43,857 nucleotides of DNA. Source: Syntrophaceae bacterium CG2_30_58_14 (lineage in GTDB: Bacteria; Desulfobacterota; Syntrophia; Syntrophales; UBA5619). Below are positions 9,951 to 17,273 of the stretch, one piece after another (position 1 is the first letter of the stretch; every line of letters begins with the position of its first letter). The notes beneath the pieces are model-generated. The model did not search any database. It was not told the origin of the DNA and saw only the letters and a program-made list of their open reading frames with translations. The stretch is from assembly GCA_001873745.1 (NCBI GenBank), contig MNZQ01000045.1:1-43857 (forward strand), given 5' to 3'. A program made the position numbers and the translations under genes.

Positions 9951-10760
9951 ATGGGATTGAACTACGAAAAGGAAGGGCATATCGTGAAGGTGGGGATGAA
10001 CCGGCCGAAGGAGCGGAATGCGCTGGATCCGCAGATCCTGATGGATCTCCATCAGGCCTGGAAGGAGATCAACGCCGATGATGCGATCCGCGTGGTCATC
10101 CTCCACTCCTGCCTGCCGGAGATCTTCTGCTCCGGGATGGACCTGCGGACGGCCATTCCCATCCTGACGAAGATGAAAGAACCCCAGACCGACGCGGAGC
10201 GGTGGCTGTCCCGGATGGGCCCGCATGTGGGGGAGGCGATGCTGAAGCAGAACACCGTGAAAAAGCCGGTGATCGCGGCCGTCAACGGCTACTGCCTCAC
10301 CGGGGGATTCGAGATGATCATGGGGGCGGATCTCCGACTGGCCTCGGAGGATGCGGTCTTCCAGATGCGGGAATCCAGCCTCGGCATCATGCCGACCGGC
10401 GGATCGAACGTCTATCTCCCCCGAATCCTGACCCCTTGCCGGGCGCTGGAGATCTTGCTGACTGCCGGGAATTTCAGCGCGCGGACCCTCGACGAGTGGG
10501 GTTTTCTGAACCGGGTCGTTCCGGTCGGCGGTCTGATGGAGGCGGCGATGGAGATGGCGGAGAGGATCGCCGGAAACGGGCCGCTGGCCATCCAGGGGAT
10601 CGTCCGCTGCTTCCGGGAGAGCCGCGAGATGGGCTATACGGATGCCTTCCGGAAGGAGATGGAGATCGGCATGCCGATATTCAGCAGCGCCGACGCCCGG
10701 GAGGGGATTCGCGCCCAGAAGGAGAAGCGCAAACCGGAATTTCCGGGAACGTACGACTGA
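9951..10760 (+). CDS. Enoyl-CoA hydratase/isomerase (crotonase) family protein
   Basis: NRPKERNAL, FCSGMDL, KPVIAAVNGYCLTGGFE, RESSLG (both catalytic Glu positions present), EGIRAQKEKRKP; GAGGAGG RBS. Confidence 0.95.
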   Translation: MGLNYEKEGHIVKVGMNRPKERNALDPQILMDLHQAWKEINADDAIRVVILHSCLPEIFCSGMDLRTAIPILTKMKEPQTDAERWLSRMGPHVGEAMLKQNTVKKPVIAAVNGYCLTGGFEMIMGADLRLASEDAVFQMRESSLGIMPTGGSNVYLPRILTPCRALEILLTAGNFSARTLDEWGFLNRVVPVGGLMEAAMEMAERIAGNGPLAIQGIVRCFRESREMGYTDAFRKEMEIGMPIFSSADAREGIRAQKEKRKPEFPGTYD

Positions 10761-10891
10761 TGAACTCGTAAAAGTCTGAAAATCACATATTCTGTCATTC
10801 CCGTGAAAACGGGAATCCGGTATTATCAATTCGTTCCATCATCTCTGGATTCCTGCCTGCGCGGGAATGACGACTTTTTGCGAGAGCGTCA
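10758..10891. mobile_element. MITE-like element 2 containing a pair of inverted GTCATTCCCG palindromes
   Basis: Imperfect terminal inverted repeats TGATGAACTCGTAAAAGTC (10758-10776) and GACTTTTTGCGAGAGCGTCA (10872-10891); internal ATTCCC-N8-GGGAAT hairpins near 10793-10819 and 10847-10872. No clear target duplication. Left end overlaps the crotonase stop codon. Confidence 0.7.
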
Positions 10892-10956
10892 CAACGGATG
10901 ACCCTAAAAGTCGTCCCCGCAATGAAGCGGGGCGCATACCAGAAAAGGAGAATTTC

Positions 10957-11472
10957 ATGGAAAAACGTTTGGATGCGCTGGACATTGCGTTGAAGAATGA
11001 GATGAATGAGCACCATTTCTATCTGAAGAACGCCGAGAGAACGGCGAACCCCGTTGGCAAGGCGATGTTTGCGCAGATCGCCGCCGAGGAGTTGGAGCAC
11101 CACGAGCGGCTGAAACAACTGGCCGAGAGCTGGAAACAGGACAAAAAGTGGCCGGAGACCGTTCCTCTGAAGGTGAACGATACGGCGGTCCGATCCGTAT
11201 TCGGGAGGGCGGCCCGGGGAGGCGAGAAAACGGCCGGGGACGACGATGATCTGAAAGCCGTCCGCACGGCGATCGCGTTCGAGGCCAAGGGCGCCCAGTT
11301 CTATGCGGGGCTGCGGGACCAGTCGGCTGATCCGAAGGAAAAGGCGTTCTTCGGGCTTCTGGCCGATATCGAACATGAACACTTTGTCTCCCTCAAGGAT
11401 ACGGAAGAGTTTTTCATCGATCCGGCCGCATGGTATCAGAAGGCGCAGAGTTCGGGCCTGGATGGGGCGTAA
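10957..11472 (+). CDS. Rubrerythrin/ferritin-like di-iron protein
   Basis: Two E...ExxH half-sites (ALKNE...EELEHH; AIAFE...IEHEH); AAGGAG RBS before ATG 10957 (longer ORF start lies within the MITE). Confidence 0.92.
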   Translation: MEKRLDALDIALKNEMNEHHFYLKNAERTANPVGKAMFAQIAAEELEHHERLKQLAESWKQDKKWPETVPLKVNDTAVRSVFGRAARGGEKTAGDDDDLKAVRTAIAFEAKGAQFYAGLRDQSADPKEKAFFGLLADIEHEHFVSLKDTEEFFIDPAAWYQKAQSSGLDGA

Positions 11473-11500
11473 CGGAGACAAGGTTTATGATTGAAACGAT

Positions 11501-11535
11501 GGGGCGGGCCGGTGTGATGCCGGCCCGTTTTTATT
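11501..11535 (+). terminator. Rho-independent terminator
   Basis: Stem CGGGCCGG/CCGGCCCG followed by TTTTTATT, about 30 bp after the ferritin-like stop. Confidence 0.85.
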
Positions 11536-11583
11536 CAACACAGTCATCCAGGTTCTCGAAAAATGATGCGACCCTCTCAAATA

Positions 11584-11696
11584 TTCCCGAACGGGAACAA
11601 CAGGACTTTTCAGGAGGCCTTTGCTAACAATTATTCCCGAACGGTAATATTGTGCTTGACAGGGGTTCGCAACCCATTATTCTTACCGAGAGGTAA
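11584..11696 (+). promoter_or_regulatory. Sigma70-type promoter flanked by three palindromic operator-like boxes
   Basis: TTCCCGAACGGGAA (11584-11597), TTCCCGAACGGTAA (11634-11647), TTACCGAGAGGTAA (11683-11696); TTGACA (11656-11661), 16 bp, TATTCT (11678-11683). Confidence 0.65.
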
Positions 11697-11729
11697 CCAT
11701 ATTGCGATGTGCATCGGAGGCAGACTTGG

Positions 11730-11783
11730 ATGAACGTCCAACTCTTCTCCAAGGCCGCGAGAAAGTCTTCCCGCGTTTTTTAA
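11730..11783 (+). pseudogene. 17-codon ORF (MNVQLFSKAARKSSRVF), probable remnant of a deleted gene or a small peptide
   Basis: GGAGG at 11716-11720, ATG 11730, TAA 11781-11783; directly downstream of the promoter/operator array. Confidence 0.35.
11756..11781. terminator. Hairpin between the convergent short ORF and toxin gene, possible terminator
   Basis: CGCGAGAA...TTCCCGCG followed by a T run on the plus strand; pairs better (G-U) on the minus strand. Confidence 0.4.
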
Positions 11784-12061
11784 GCCATATAGCGCTTCAG
11801 ATCGCGGTAGAAATTCTCGTGCGCGCCCAAGGCAAGCAGAAACACTTCCTTTTCATCGTATTCATAAGCCAGGAGATACAAGCTATCCCGGACCTTGAAT
11901 TTGTGAACAAAAACGCCTGTCAGGTCTCCCTTTTTCGCCTCGCCGATTTCGGGCGCCTCGCAGATGCGCCGGACCTCGTCATCCAGAACGGCAATCTCCG
12001 CTTTTGTCAGACGCTTCTTTTTCCTCTCAAAAAGGGGCGACTGGGAAACCTGCCGACTCAT
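11780..12061 (-). CDS. Type II toxin, RelE/ParE family (ParE-like)
   Basis: 93 aa basic protein, PEIGEAKKGDLTGVFVHKF, LLALGAHENFYRDLK; ATGA overlap with upstream antitoxin. Confidence 0.9.
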   Translation of the reverse strand: MSRQVSQSPLFERKKKRLTKAEIAVLDDEVRRICEAPEIGEAKKGDLTGVFVHKFKVRDSLYLLAYEYDEKEVFLLALGAHENFYRDLKRYMA

Positions 12062-12285
12062 TTGCCTTCACCAAAGACATAGGGCGTCTTCAATCCGTTT
12101 TGCACCTGCGCTTGGGCGATGAGGATCTCCTTGATCAGGGAGACCGGAAGATCAGCGTTTTCATCTGCTACCCTTCCCAGCTTCGCCCAGTACTCCACCT
12201 GGCCGGCAAGTGACCGACCCTCGACGCCGGCATATACCGCGGCGGTGCTTGCCAGCTCATCGGATATTTTGACGGCTTTCGGCAT
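12058..12285 (-). CDS. Type II antitoxin, ParD-like (RHH)
   Basis: 75 aa, AVKISDEL...RSLAGQVEYWAKLGRVADENADLP signature; GGAGG RBS; upstream of toxin. Confidence 0.9.
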   Translation of the reverse strand: MPKAVKISDELASTAAVYAGVEGRSLAGQVEYWAKLGRVADENADLPVSLIKEILIAQAQVQNGLKTPYVFGEGK

Positions 12286-12367
12286 AATTGATCCTCCAAT
12301 CTATTTTTTATAGGTTCATTGTATTGCATTATGAAATATTTTGCAACACCTTTGCCATCTCACCTCC

Positions 12368-13294
12368 TCACCTGCTGAAATAAAAGAAAATCTGTGCCTT
12401 GCCGCGACGCTGCCCCGGCTTGTGAAAAAGAGGCACAATAATCAGCAATACCGCCGCCAGCGCGGCCTGAAGCAGGGTTAAAAAGACCGCCAGATAGCCG
12501 ATTTCAAAAAAAGGAACGGTCCGGTTCCCGAAATGTTCCGCGATGTTCGGCAGGCTTTTCCAGCGCAGAAACTGGGCAAAGTAGGGGCGGTCGTCCGTGG
12601 CCGGACGAATGTTGAAATCGTAAGCGGCATATAGAGATGTTCGTTCGGGCGAAAGCAGTTGGTCGAGGTGGTTGAAAAAAAGATCATCCTGCAGGGCGTT
12701 GAAGAAGGCGCGTTCGGCTGCCTCGATGTCGGGCAGAAGGGCAGGATCGAAGTTCAGGCGGCGGCAGAATGCGCGGATATTGCTGATTTCTTCAGGACGG
12801 AAGGGTGTTTTCTTGACCATGAAGGTGATCGCACCCCAGCTTCGCGCGGGGACGGCGTCCGTATAGGTCAAGCTGAGTTCTGGCGCGTAACGGAGCGCCG
12901 GCGATGAAAAAACCAGCATGAAACCGCAGGGGCTGTTTTTCCCCAGCGTCGTCTGCGCCTCAGGAAGCTGCATGGCCCGGCTTAACCCTTTGTATTCAGA
13001 GGGAACCAGCGCCGGAGGCCGGAGGATCGTTGCTGTTACACAGATCAGAGAGAGGGTTGCCATGATCAGGATCATGGCGCCAGGTTTTCTGGGAATGACC
13101 AGAAGACCCGAAAATACGGGGATCAACGCCAGGATGGCCGGTATTTCGCGGGGCGGGAAAACCCACATCAGGCCGAGCGCCAGCAAACCTCCCGCTCCGG
13201 AGCCGACCAGATTCCAGAAATAGAGAACGCCGATGCGACGGCTGTATTTTGTAAAGGTCAGCCCGATGGCCAGACAAAACCTTGGCGGGATCAC
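12368..13294 (-). pseudogene. Deleted remnant of a membrane-bound spermidine-synthase-like/SAM-dependent methyltransferase
   Basis: Retains LYFWNLVGSGAG and PATDDRPYF motifs typical of fused membrane/spermidine-synthase-like proteins but no SAM-binding core; abrupt junction at ...YTDAVPA/RSWGAITF...; ends at YFSR. GTGA overlap with pcm. Confidence 0.65.
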
Positions 13295-14124
13295 GGGCTT
13301 CTCCTGAAGGGGACGAATTGCACGGGCAACAAGCTCGTTGTTTTGACTTTTCCCTTGTCTTTTTCAACCAGCATGAGGGTCTGCACGAGGAAGGGGGCGC
13401 CAACGGGGATTACCATCCGGCCGCCGTCTTTTAACTGCCTGATGAGCGGCGTCGGGATATAGTCCGCCGCGGCGGTCACGACGATGGCGTCAAAGGGGGC
13501 CTGTTCCGGCCAGCCGTCATAGCCGTCAGCCACGCGCACCTGGACGTTGCGGTATCCCTGTTTCTGCAAACGCTCACGGGAGGCATTGCCCAATTCCGGG
13601 ACGATCTCGATCATATAGACCTGCTTGACGATTTCTGCCAGCACGGCGGCCTGATACCCGGAGCCGGAACCGATCTCCAGGATTTTTTGGGTCGCTTTCG
13701 GCCGGATCAGCTCCGTCATAAAGGCGACGATATAGGGCTGGGAGATGGTCTGCCCGTAGCCGAGGGGCAGAGGCTGGTCTTCATAGGCGCTGCCGGCCAG
13801 GTGAGGCGGGACAAAAAGGTGCCGGGGCACGGCGCGCATCGCCTGCAGCGTGGCCTTGTCCCTGATTCCCCGTTCCGCGATCTGCGTCCGGACCATGGCT
13901 TCCCGTCTGGTTTGATAGGCGTCATCGGCCAGTGCGGACGGCGTAAAAAGAAGGATGAAAATAGAGATAAGCTAGGTAATTGCAAAACCATTTGTCATTC
14001 CCGAATGCCTCTATCGGGAATATGGTTTTTCAAGCTGTTAGAACCAGATTCCCGCTCAGAATCGTTGCGGGAATGACAGAATGGGGAGTTTTGCAATTGG
14101 CTCAAGCGACCATCTTTTGTTCAT
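13291..14124 (-). pseudogene. pcm: Protein-L-isoaspartate O-methyltransferase, 5' signal-peptide region interrupted by MITE 3 (catalytic part 13291-13896 intact)
   Basis: VPRHLFVP, GQTISQP, ILEIGSGSGYQAA, APFDAIVVTAA, GGRMVIPVG, VQFVP. Removing 13973-14107 restores MNKRWSLISIFILLFTPSALA-DDAYQTRREAMV... from ATG 14124. Confidence 0.88.
13973..14103. mobile_element. MITE-like element 3 (131 bp) with AAGC target-site duplication
   Basis: Ends TAGGTAATTGCAAAAC / GTTTTGCAATTGGCTC (13 of 16 inverted match); AAGC at 13969-13972 and 14104-14107; internal inverted TGTCATTCCCG...CGGGAAT hairpins. Confidence 0.88.
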
Positions 14125-14492
14125 AGCGGCCTCCTCCTGTGCCATACCCATACGTAAACCGAGACATTGATGAACAGAACCGCCAGGCCCAGGGCCATCT
14201 GCAGCTCTCGCGTAAGCGCAGCCGGGTAAAGGACCGGCATCATGTAATGCTCAATAAAATCAGAACGATAAATCACCTTCCCGGCACGGTGGCGCAGCAG
14301 GTTTTCCAGCGGCGTCAACGGACAGATCCAGCCGGCCATCTCCACCAGCGCCGCCCACAGGACAGCCGGGATATGGAGCCAGGCCAGCCGCCGCCACCGA
14401 AGGACCAGGAAACCGCCGAACACCGCGAAAAGAACAAACGCCGCGTGCACGAGGACAACAATGTCGGCAAGAATCCCGTAAATCATCTCCAT
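14121..14492 (-). CDS. DUF2784-like small membrane protein
   Basis: LADIVVLVHAAFVLF, WLHIPAVLW, GWICPLTPLEN, FIEHY...LYP; start at ATG 14492 or 14486. Confidence 0.85.
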   Translation of the reverse strand: MEMIYGILADIVVLVHAAFVLFAVFGGFLVLRWRRLAWLHIPAVLWAALVEMAGWICPLTPLENLLRHRAGKVIYRSDFIEHYMMPVLYPAALTRELQMALGLAVLFINVSVYVWVWHRRRPL

Positions 14493-14511
14493 TTGCCCTG
14501 AAGGCTCCGCT

Positions 14512-15429
14512 TTATCTGTCCAACCGCCTGATTCCGGCCGCGATGGCATCCCGGACGGCGGCGGCGTATTCTGCAGGAGTGATCCGCCGGTCGATCATGG
14601 GATCGCCCGTGGCCTTGCCGCAGGGATGGTACTGGGCCATGATGTTGACATAGGTGTCGGGTGAGACCTCCTCGGCCAAAAAGGTCATGACTTCCCGCGT
14701 GCCGGCCAGACCATTGGGCATCACCAGATGGCGGACCAGCAATCCCCTGACGGCCAGGCCTGCATGATCCAGGACCAGGTCGCCCGCCTGGCGGTGCATT
14801 TCCCGGATGGCGGCCGTGGCCTGCTCGCGGTAATCCGGCGCCTGACAGAAACGGGTCGCCCAGGCTTCCTCCCAGAACTTGAAATCCGGCATGTAGATAT
14901 CGAAAACGCCGTCCAGCATTCTGATCGTATCGGCGCTGTCATAGCCGCCCGAATTGTAAACAAGCGGAATATTCAGCCCCTGCCCGACGGCGATGAAAAG
15001 GGCCTGCAGGATCTGGGGAACCACATGGCTCGGCGTGACCAAGTTGATGTTGTGGCATCCCCGCTTCATGAGATGGAGCATCATGGCGGCGAGGCGGTGG
15101 GGGTCCACTTCCTCGCCCTCCCCCAGATGACTGATCGCGAAATTCTGGCAGAAGGAACAGAAAAGATTGCAGGAACTGAAGAAGATCGTTCCGGAGCCGG
15201 CAGACCCCACCAGCGGGGCTTCTTCGCCGAAGTGGGGATGAAAACTGGCCACGCTGGCTCGGGCGCCGGTCCGGCAGACACCCAACTCGCCGCTTAGCCG
15301 GTCCACATGGCACTCCCGGGGGCAGAGGCGGCAGTCTTTCAGCAGGTCGAGAGCCTGCCGAACCCGTGACGGCAACTGCCCTTCCCGGTAAAGCTTAAGA
15401 TAGGAGGGCTCACAGCGTTTTGTTGTCAT
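14512..15429 (-). CDS. PflX-like radical SAM protein
   Basis: CRLCPREC N-terminal motif, HFGEE, GSGTIFF, CNLFCSFCQN (CxxxCxxC), HNINLVTP, DIYMPDFKF, VRHLVMP. Confidence 0.92.
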   Translation of the reverse strand: MTTKRCEPSYLKLYREGQLPSRVRQALDLLKDCRLCPRECHVDRLSGELGVCRTGARASVASFHPHFGEEAPLVGSAGSGTIFFSSCNLFCSFCQNFAISHLGEGEEVDPHRLAAMMLHLMKRGCHNINLVTPSHVVPQILQALFIAVGQGLNIPLVYNSGGYDSADTIRMLDGVFDIYMPDFKFWEEAWATRFCQAPDYREQATAAIREMHRQAGDLVLDHAGLAVRGLLVRHLVMPNGLAGTREVMTFLAEEVSPDTYVNIMAQYHPCGKATGDPMIDRRITPAEYAAAVRDAIAAGIRRLDR

Positions 15430-15463
15430 GGCCTTACCCGAAAATCCCCACCCTTCAAGGGCA

Positions 15464-16468
15464 TCACGCTGGATGCCCCCGGAACGCCGTCATGGCTTCT
15501 TCGGCCAGGACATGCGGAGCGATCTTGTATTTCGGGGAAAAGTGAAAGGGGACCATCCGTTTCACGTGCGCCTGTCTCGCCAGCGTGCCCGCCTGCCGGG
15601 CGGTGAGGTGATATTTCCTTGCCGCCGTTTCTGCATGATCCTGAAGAAAGGTCGTTTCGATAAAGAGCAGATCGGCATGATCGGCCAGTTCAAGGATGGC
15701 GGCGCGATTTTTCCGACTATGGATCGCATCGGTGACATAACCGATCCGCAGGCCCGGACTCACCTTTACGGCCTGTTTCAGTGCGCCCAGGGGCAGCCAC
15801 GTTTCCCCGACGTTGCCCAGTGGATCCCTGGACCAGATCCGGACGGGCGTCTCGTCGTCGTCGCCGTTTACGAGATGTTCTTTCAAGGTCATCAGCCAGG
15901 CGCCCGTGGGCAGGTCCATTTCCTTCAGAACCGTCTTCAGGATGTTGAACCGTTGCCGCTCCTCGAAGCGGAAGGCAAGGCAGGGGATGAGGTGATCGAG
16001 AAAGACGCCTTGCACGGTGAAGAAGCGTGTCTCCACGAGGATGCCGTCAAAAGCACGGCATTCCTCAAGGGTTTCCGGCTGGAAAGCCGTCCGGCAGCAA
16101 TAGCGTTTTGTGGTCTGAGCATGCGGATGGACCTCCGTCGCGATTACCGCGAAATCGTTCGTGTAGTTTTCCACGAGATTCCAGGTGTAGGCCATCAGTT
16201 TGTGCTCCAGGTGCTGGAGAAACCCCGGTGGGCCGAAGAGGTGCAGGTGCTTGTCCCGGCCCAGACACAGCCTGAGCAGATGATCAAAACCGATAAAGTG
16301 GTCCATGTGGGTGTGCGACACAAAGATGTAATCGATTTTCAGGAGTTTGCGGGGCGGAAGGAGATGCAGATCGCCGAGATCAAAAAGGACGGCCTCGCGG
16401 CGGTACTTGCATTCCACGTAAGCCCCGGGATCTCCGAAAGGATCGTTAATGAGTGCGGCGTTGTACAT
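15464..16468 (-). CDS. Ribonuclease Z/BN-like metallo-beta-lactamase-fold protein
   Basis: NDPFGDP, LFDLG, SHTHMDH (HxHxDH), LDH, GYVTD, HLT, PFHFSPKY; start at 16468 or 16498. Confidence 0.88.
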   Translation of the reverse strand: MYNAALINDPFGDPGAYVECKYRREAVLFDLGDLHLLPPRKLLKIDYIFVSHTHMDHFIGFDHLLRLCLGRDKHLHLFGPPGFLQHLEHKLMAYTWNLVENYTNDFAVIATEVHPHAQTTKRYCCRTAFQPETLEECRAFDGILVETRFFTVQGVFLDHLIPCLAFRFEERQRFNILKTVLKEMDLPTGAWLMTLKEHLVNGDDDETPVRIWSRDPLGNVGETWLPLGALKQAVKVSPGLRIGYVTDAIHSRKNRAAILELADHADLLFIETTFLQDHAETAARKYHLTARQAGTLARQAHVKRMVPFHFSPKYKIAPHVLAEEAMTAFRGHPA

Positions 16469-16556
16469 CGCTACACCATTCCCTCCCGCCTGCTCCATAA
16501 ATGTCGAATTGCGGAGCAGGAAGTTATTAATAACACCCCTACACTACCTTCATTAC

Positions 16557-16835
16557 TCAAGCCCCGTTCACCCTCTCTTTCAATTCCTTTCCAACCTTGA
16601 AAAACGGCAACCTCTTCGGTTTAACGTCAACCTTCTTTCCGGTCTTCGGATTCTTTCCCGTATATGCGCCATACTCCCTCACGGAGAAGCTCCCAAAACC
16701 CCGGATTTCAATTCTTCCACCCTTCTTGAGCGTATTGGCGAAACCATCAAAGATGAGGTTGACGATGGTGTATGCCTCTTTTTCCTGCAACCCTTCTTTT
16801 ACTGCCAATGCTTCAATCAGATCCGCCTTATTCAT
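16557..16835 (-). CDS. ihfB: Integration host factor beta/HU family DNA-binding protein
   Basis: MNKADLIE, RIEIRGFGSF, GKNPKTG, PFFKVGKELKERV. Confidence 0.88.
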   Translation of the reverse strand: MNKADLIEALAVKEGLQEKEAYTIVNLIFDGFANTLKKGGRIEIRGFGSFSVREYGAYTGKNPKTGKKVDVKPKRLPFFKVGKELKERVNGA

Positions 16836-17119
16836 GTGTTTTCTCCCTCAATTCTCTCCCCAGATTTATCGAGCAATTCCCTGATAACGGGTATTACATA
16901 TAGATCGTCCATCTCAAATCCCTTCAATGTCTTTATGATAATCCCGATCTTCTCTTTTACGGTTAACCGGGAATGAATGATCAATACGTATTGTCCTTTA
17001 ACCCGGCATAGGCCTCCCGTACGGTGTGACTCTTCAACGGCTATATTCCCATAGCGGATCTCGATCCCGAGTTTTCCGGCCAGTTCCTCAATCTGATTTA
17101 AAAGGACCCCGTCATCCAA
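16832..17119 (-). CDS. Hypothetical protein coupled to the IHF/HU gene
   Basis: LEELAxKLGIEIRY...GGLCRVKG-type small protein; AAGGA 8 nt before TTG 17119; ATGA overlap with ihfB. Confidence 0.7.
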   Translation of the reverse strand: MDDGVLLNQIEELAGKLGIEIRYGNIAVEESHRTGGLCRVKGQYVLIIHSRLTVKEKIGIIIKTLKGFEMDDLYVIPVIRELLDKSGERIEGENT

Positions 17120-17164
17120 TGGAAAGATCCTTTGTCTAATCAATAAAAAGGGTAATGATTGAAA

Positions 17165-17186
17165 TCACTTCAGTGCACTGAAGTGA
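17165..17186. repeat. Perfect 22-bp palindrome TCACTTCAGTGCACTGAAGTGA
   Basis: Read directly; lies in the AT-rich gap between nuoN and the hypothetical-ihfB pair. Confidence 0.85.
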
Positions 17187-17273
17187 CTAATTTATATGAT
17201 ATCATTTATAATACACAGACACCACCGATCATTTTCATGCCACCTTTTGAAATGGAAAAGAGGGGCCACGATT

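Noticed and set aside
11584-11696. Regularly spaced repeats as a mini CRISPR array
   Set aside because: Repeats are only 14 bp, degenerate, interleaved with promoter boxes; no cas genes.
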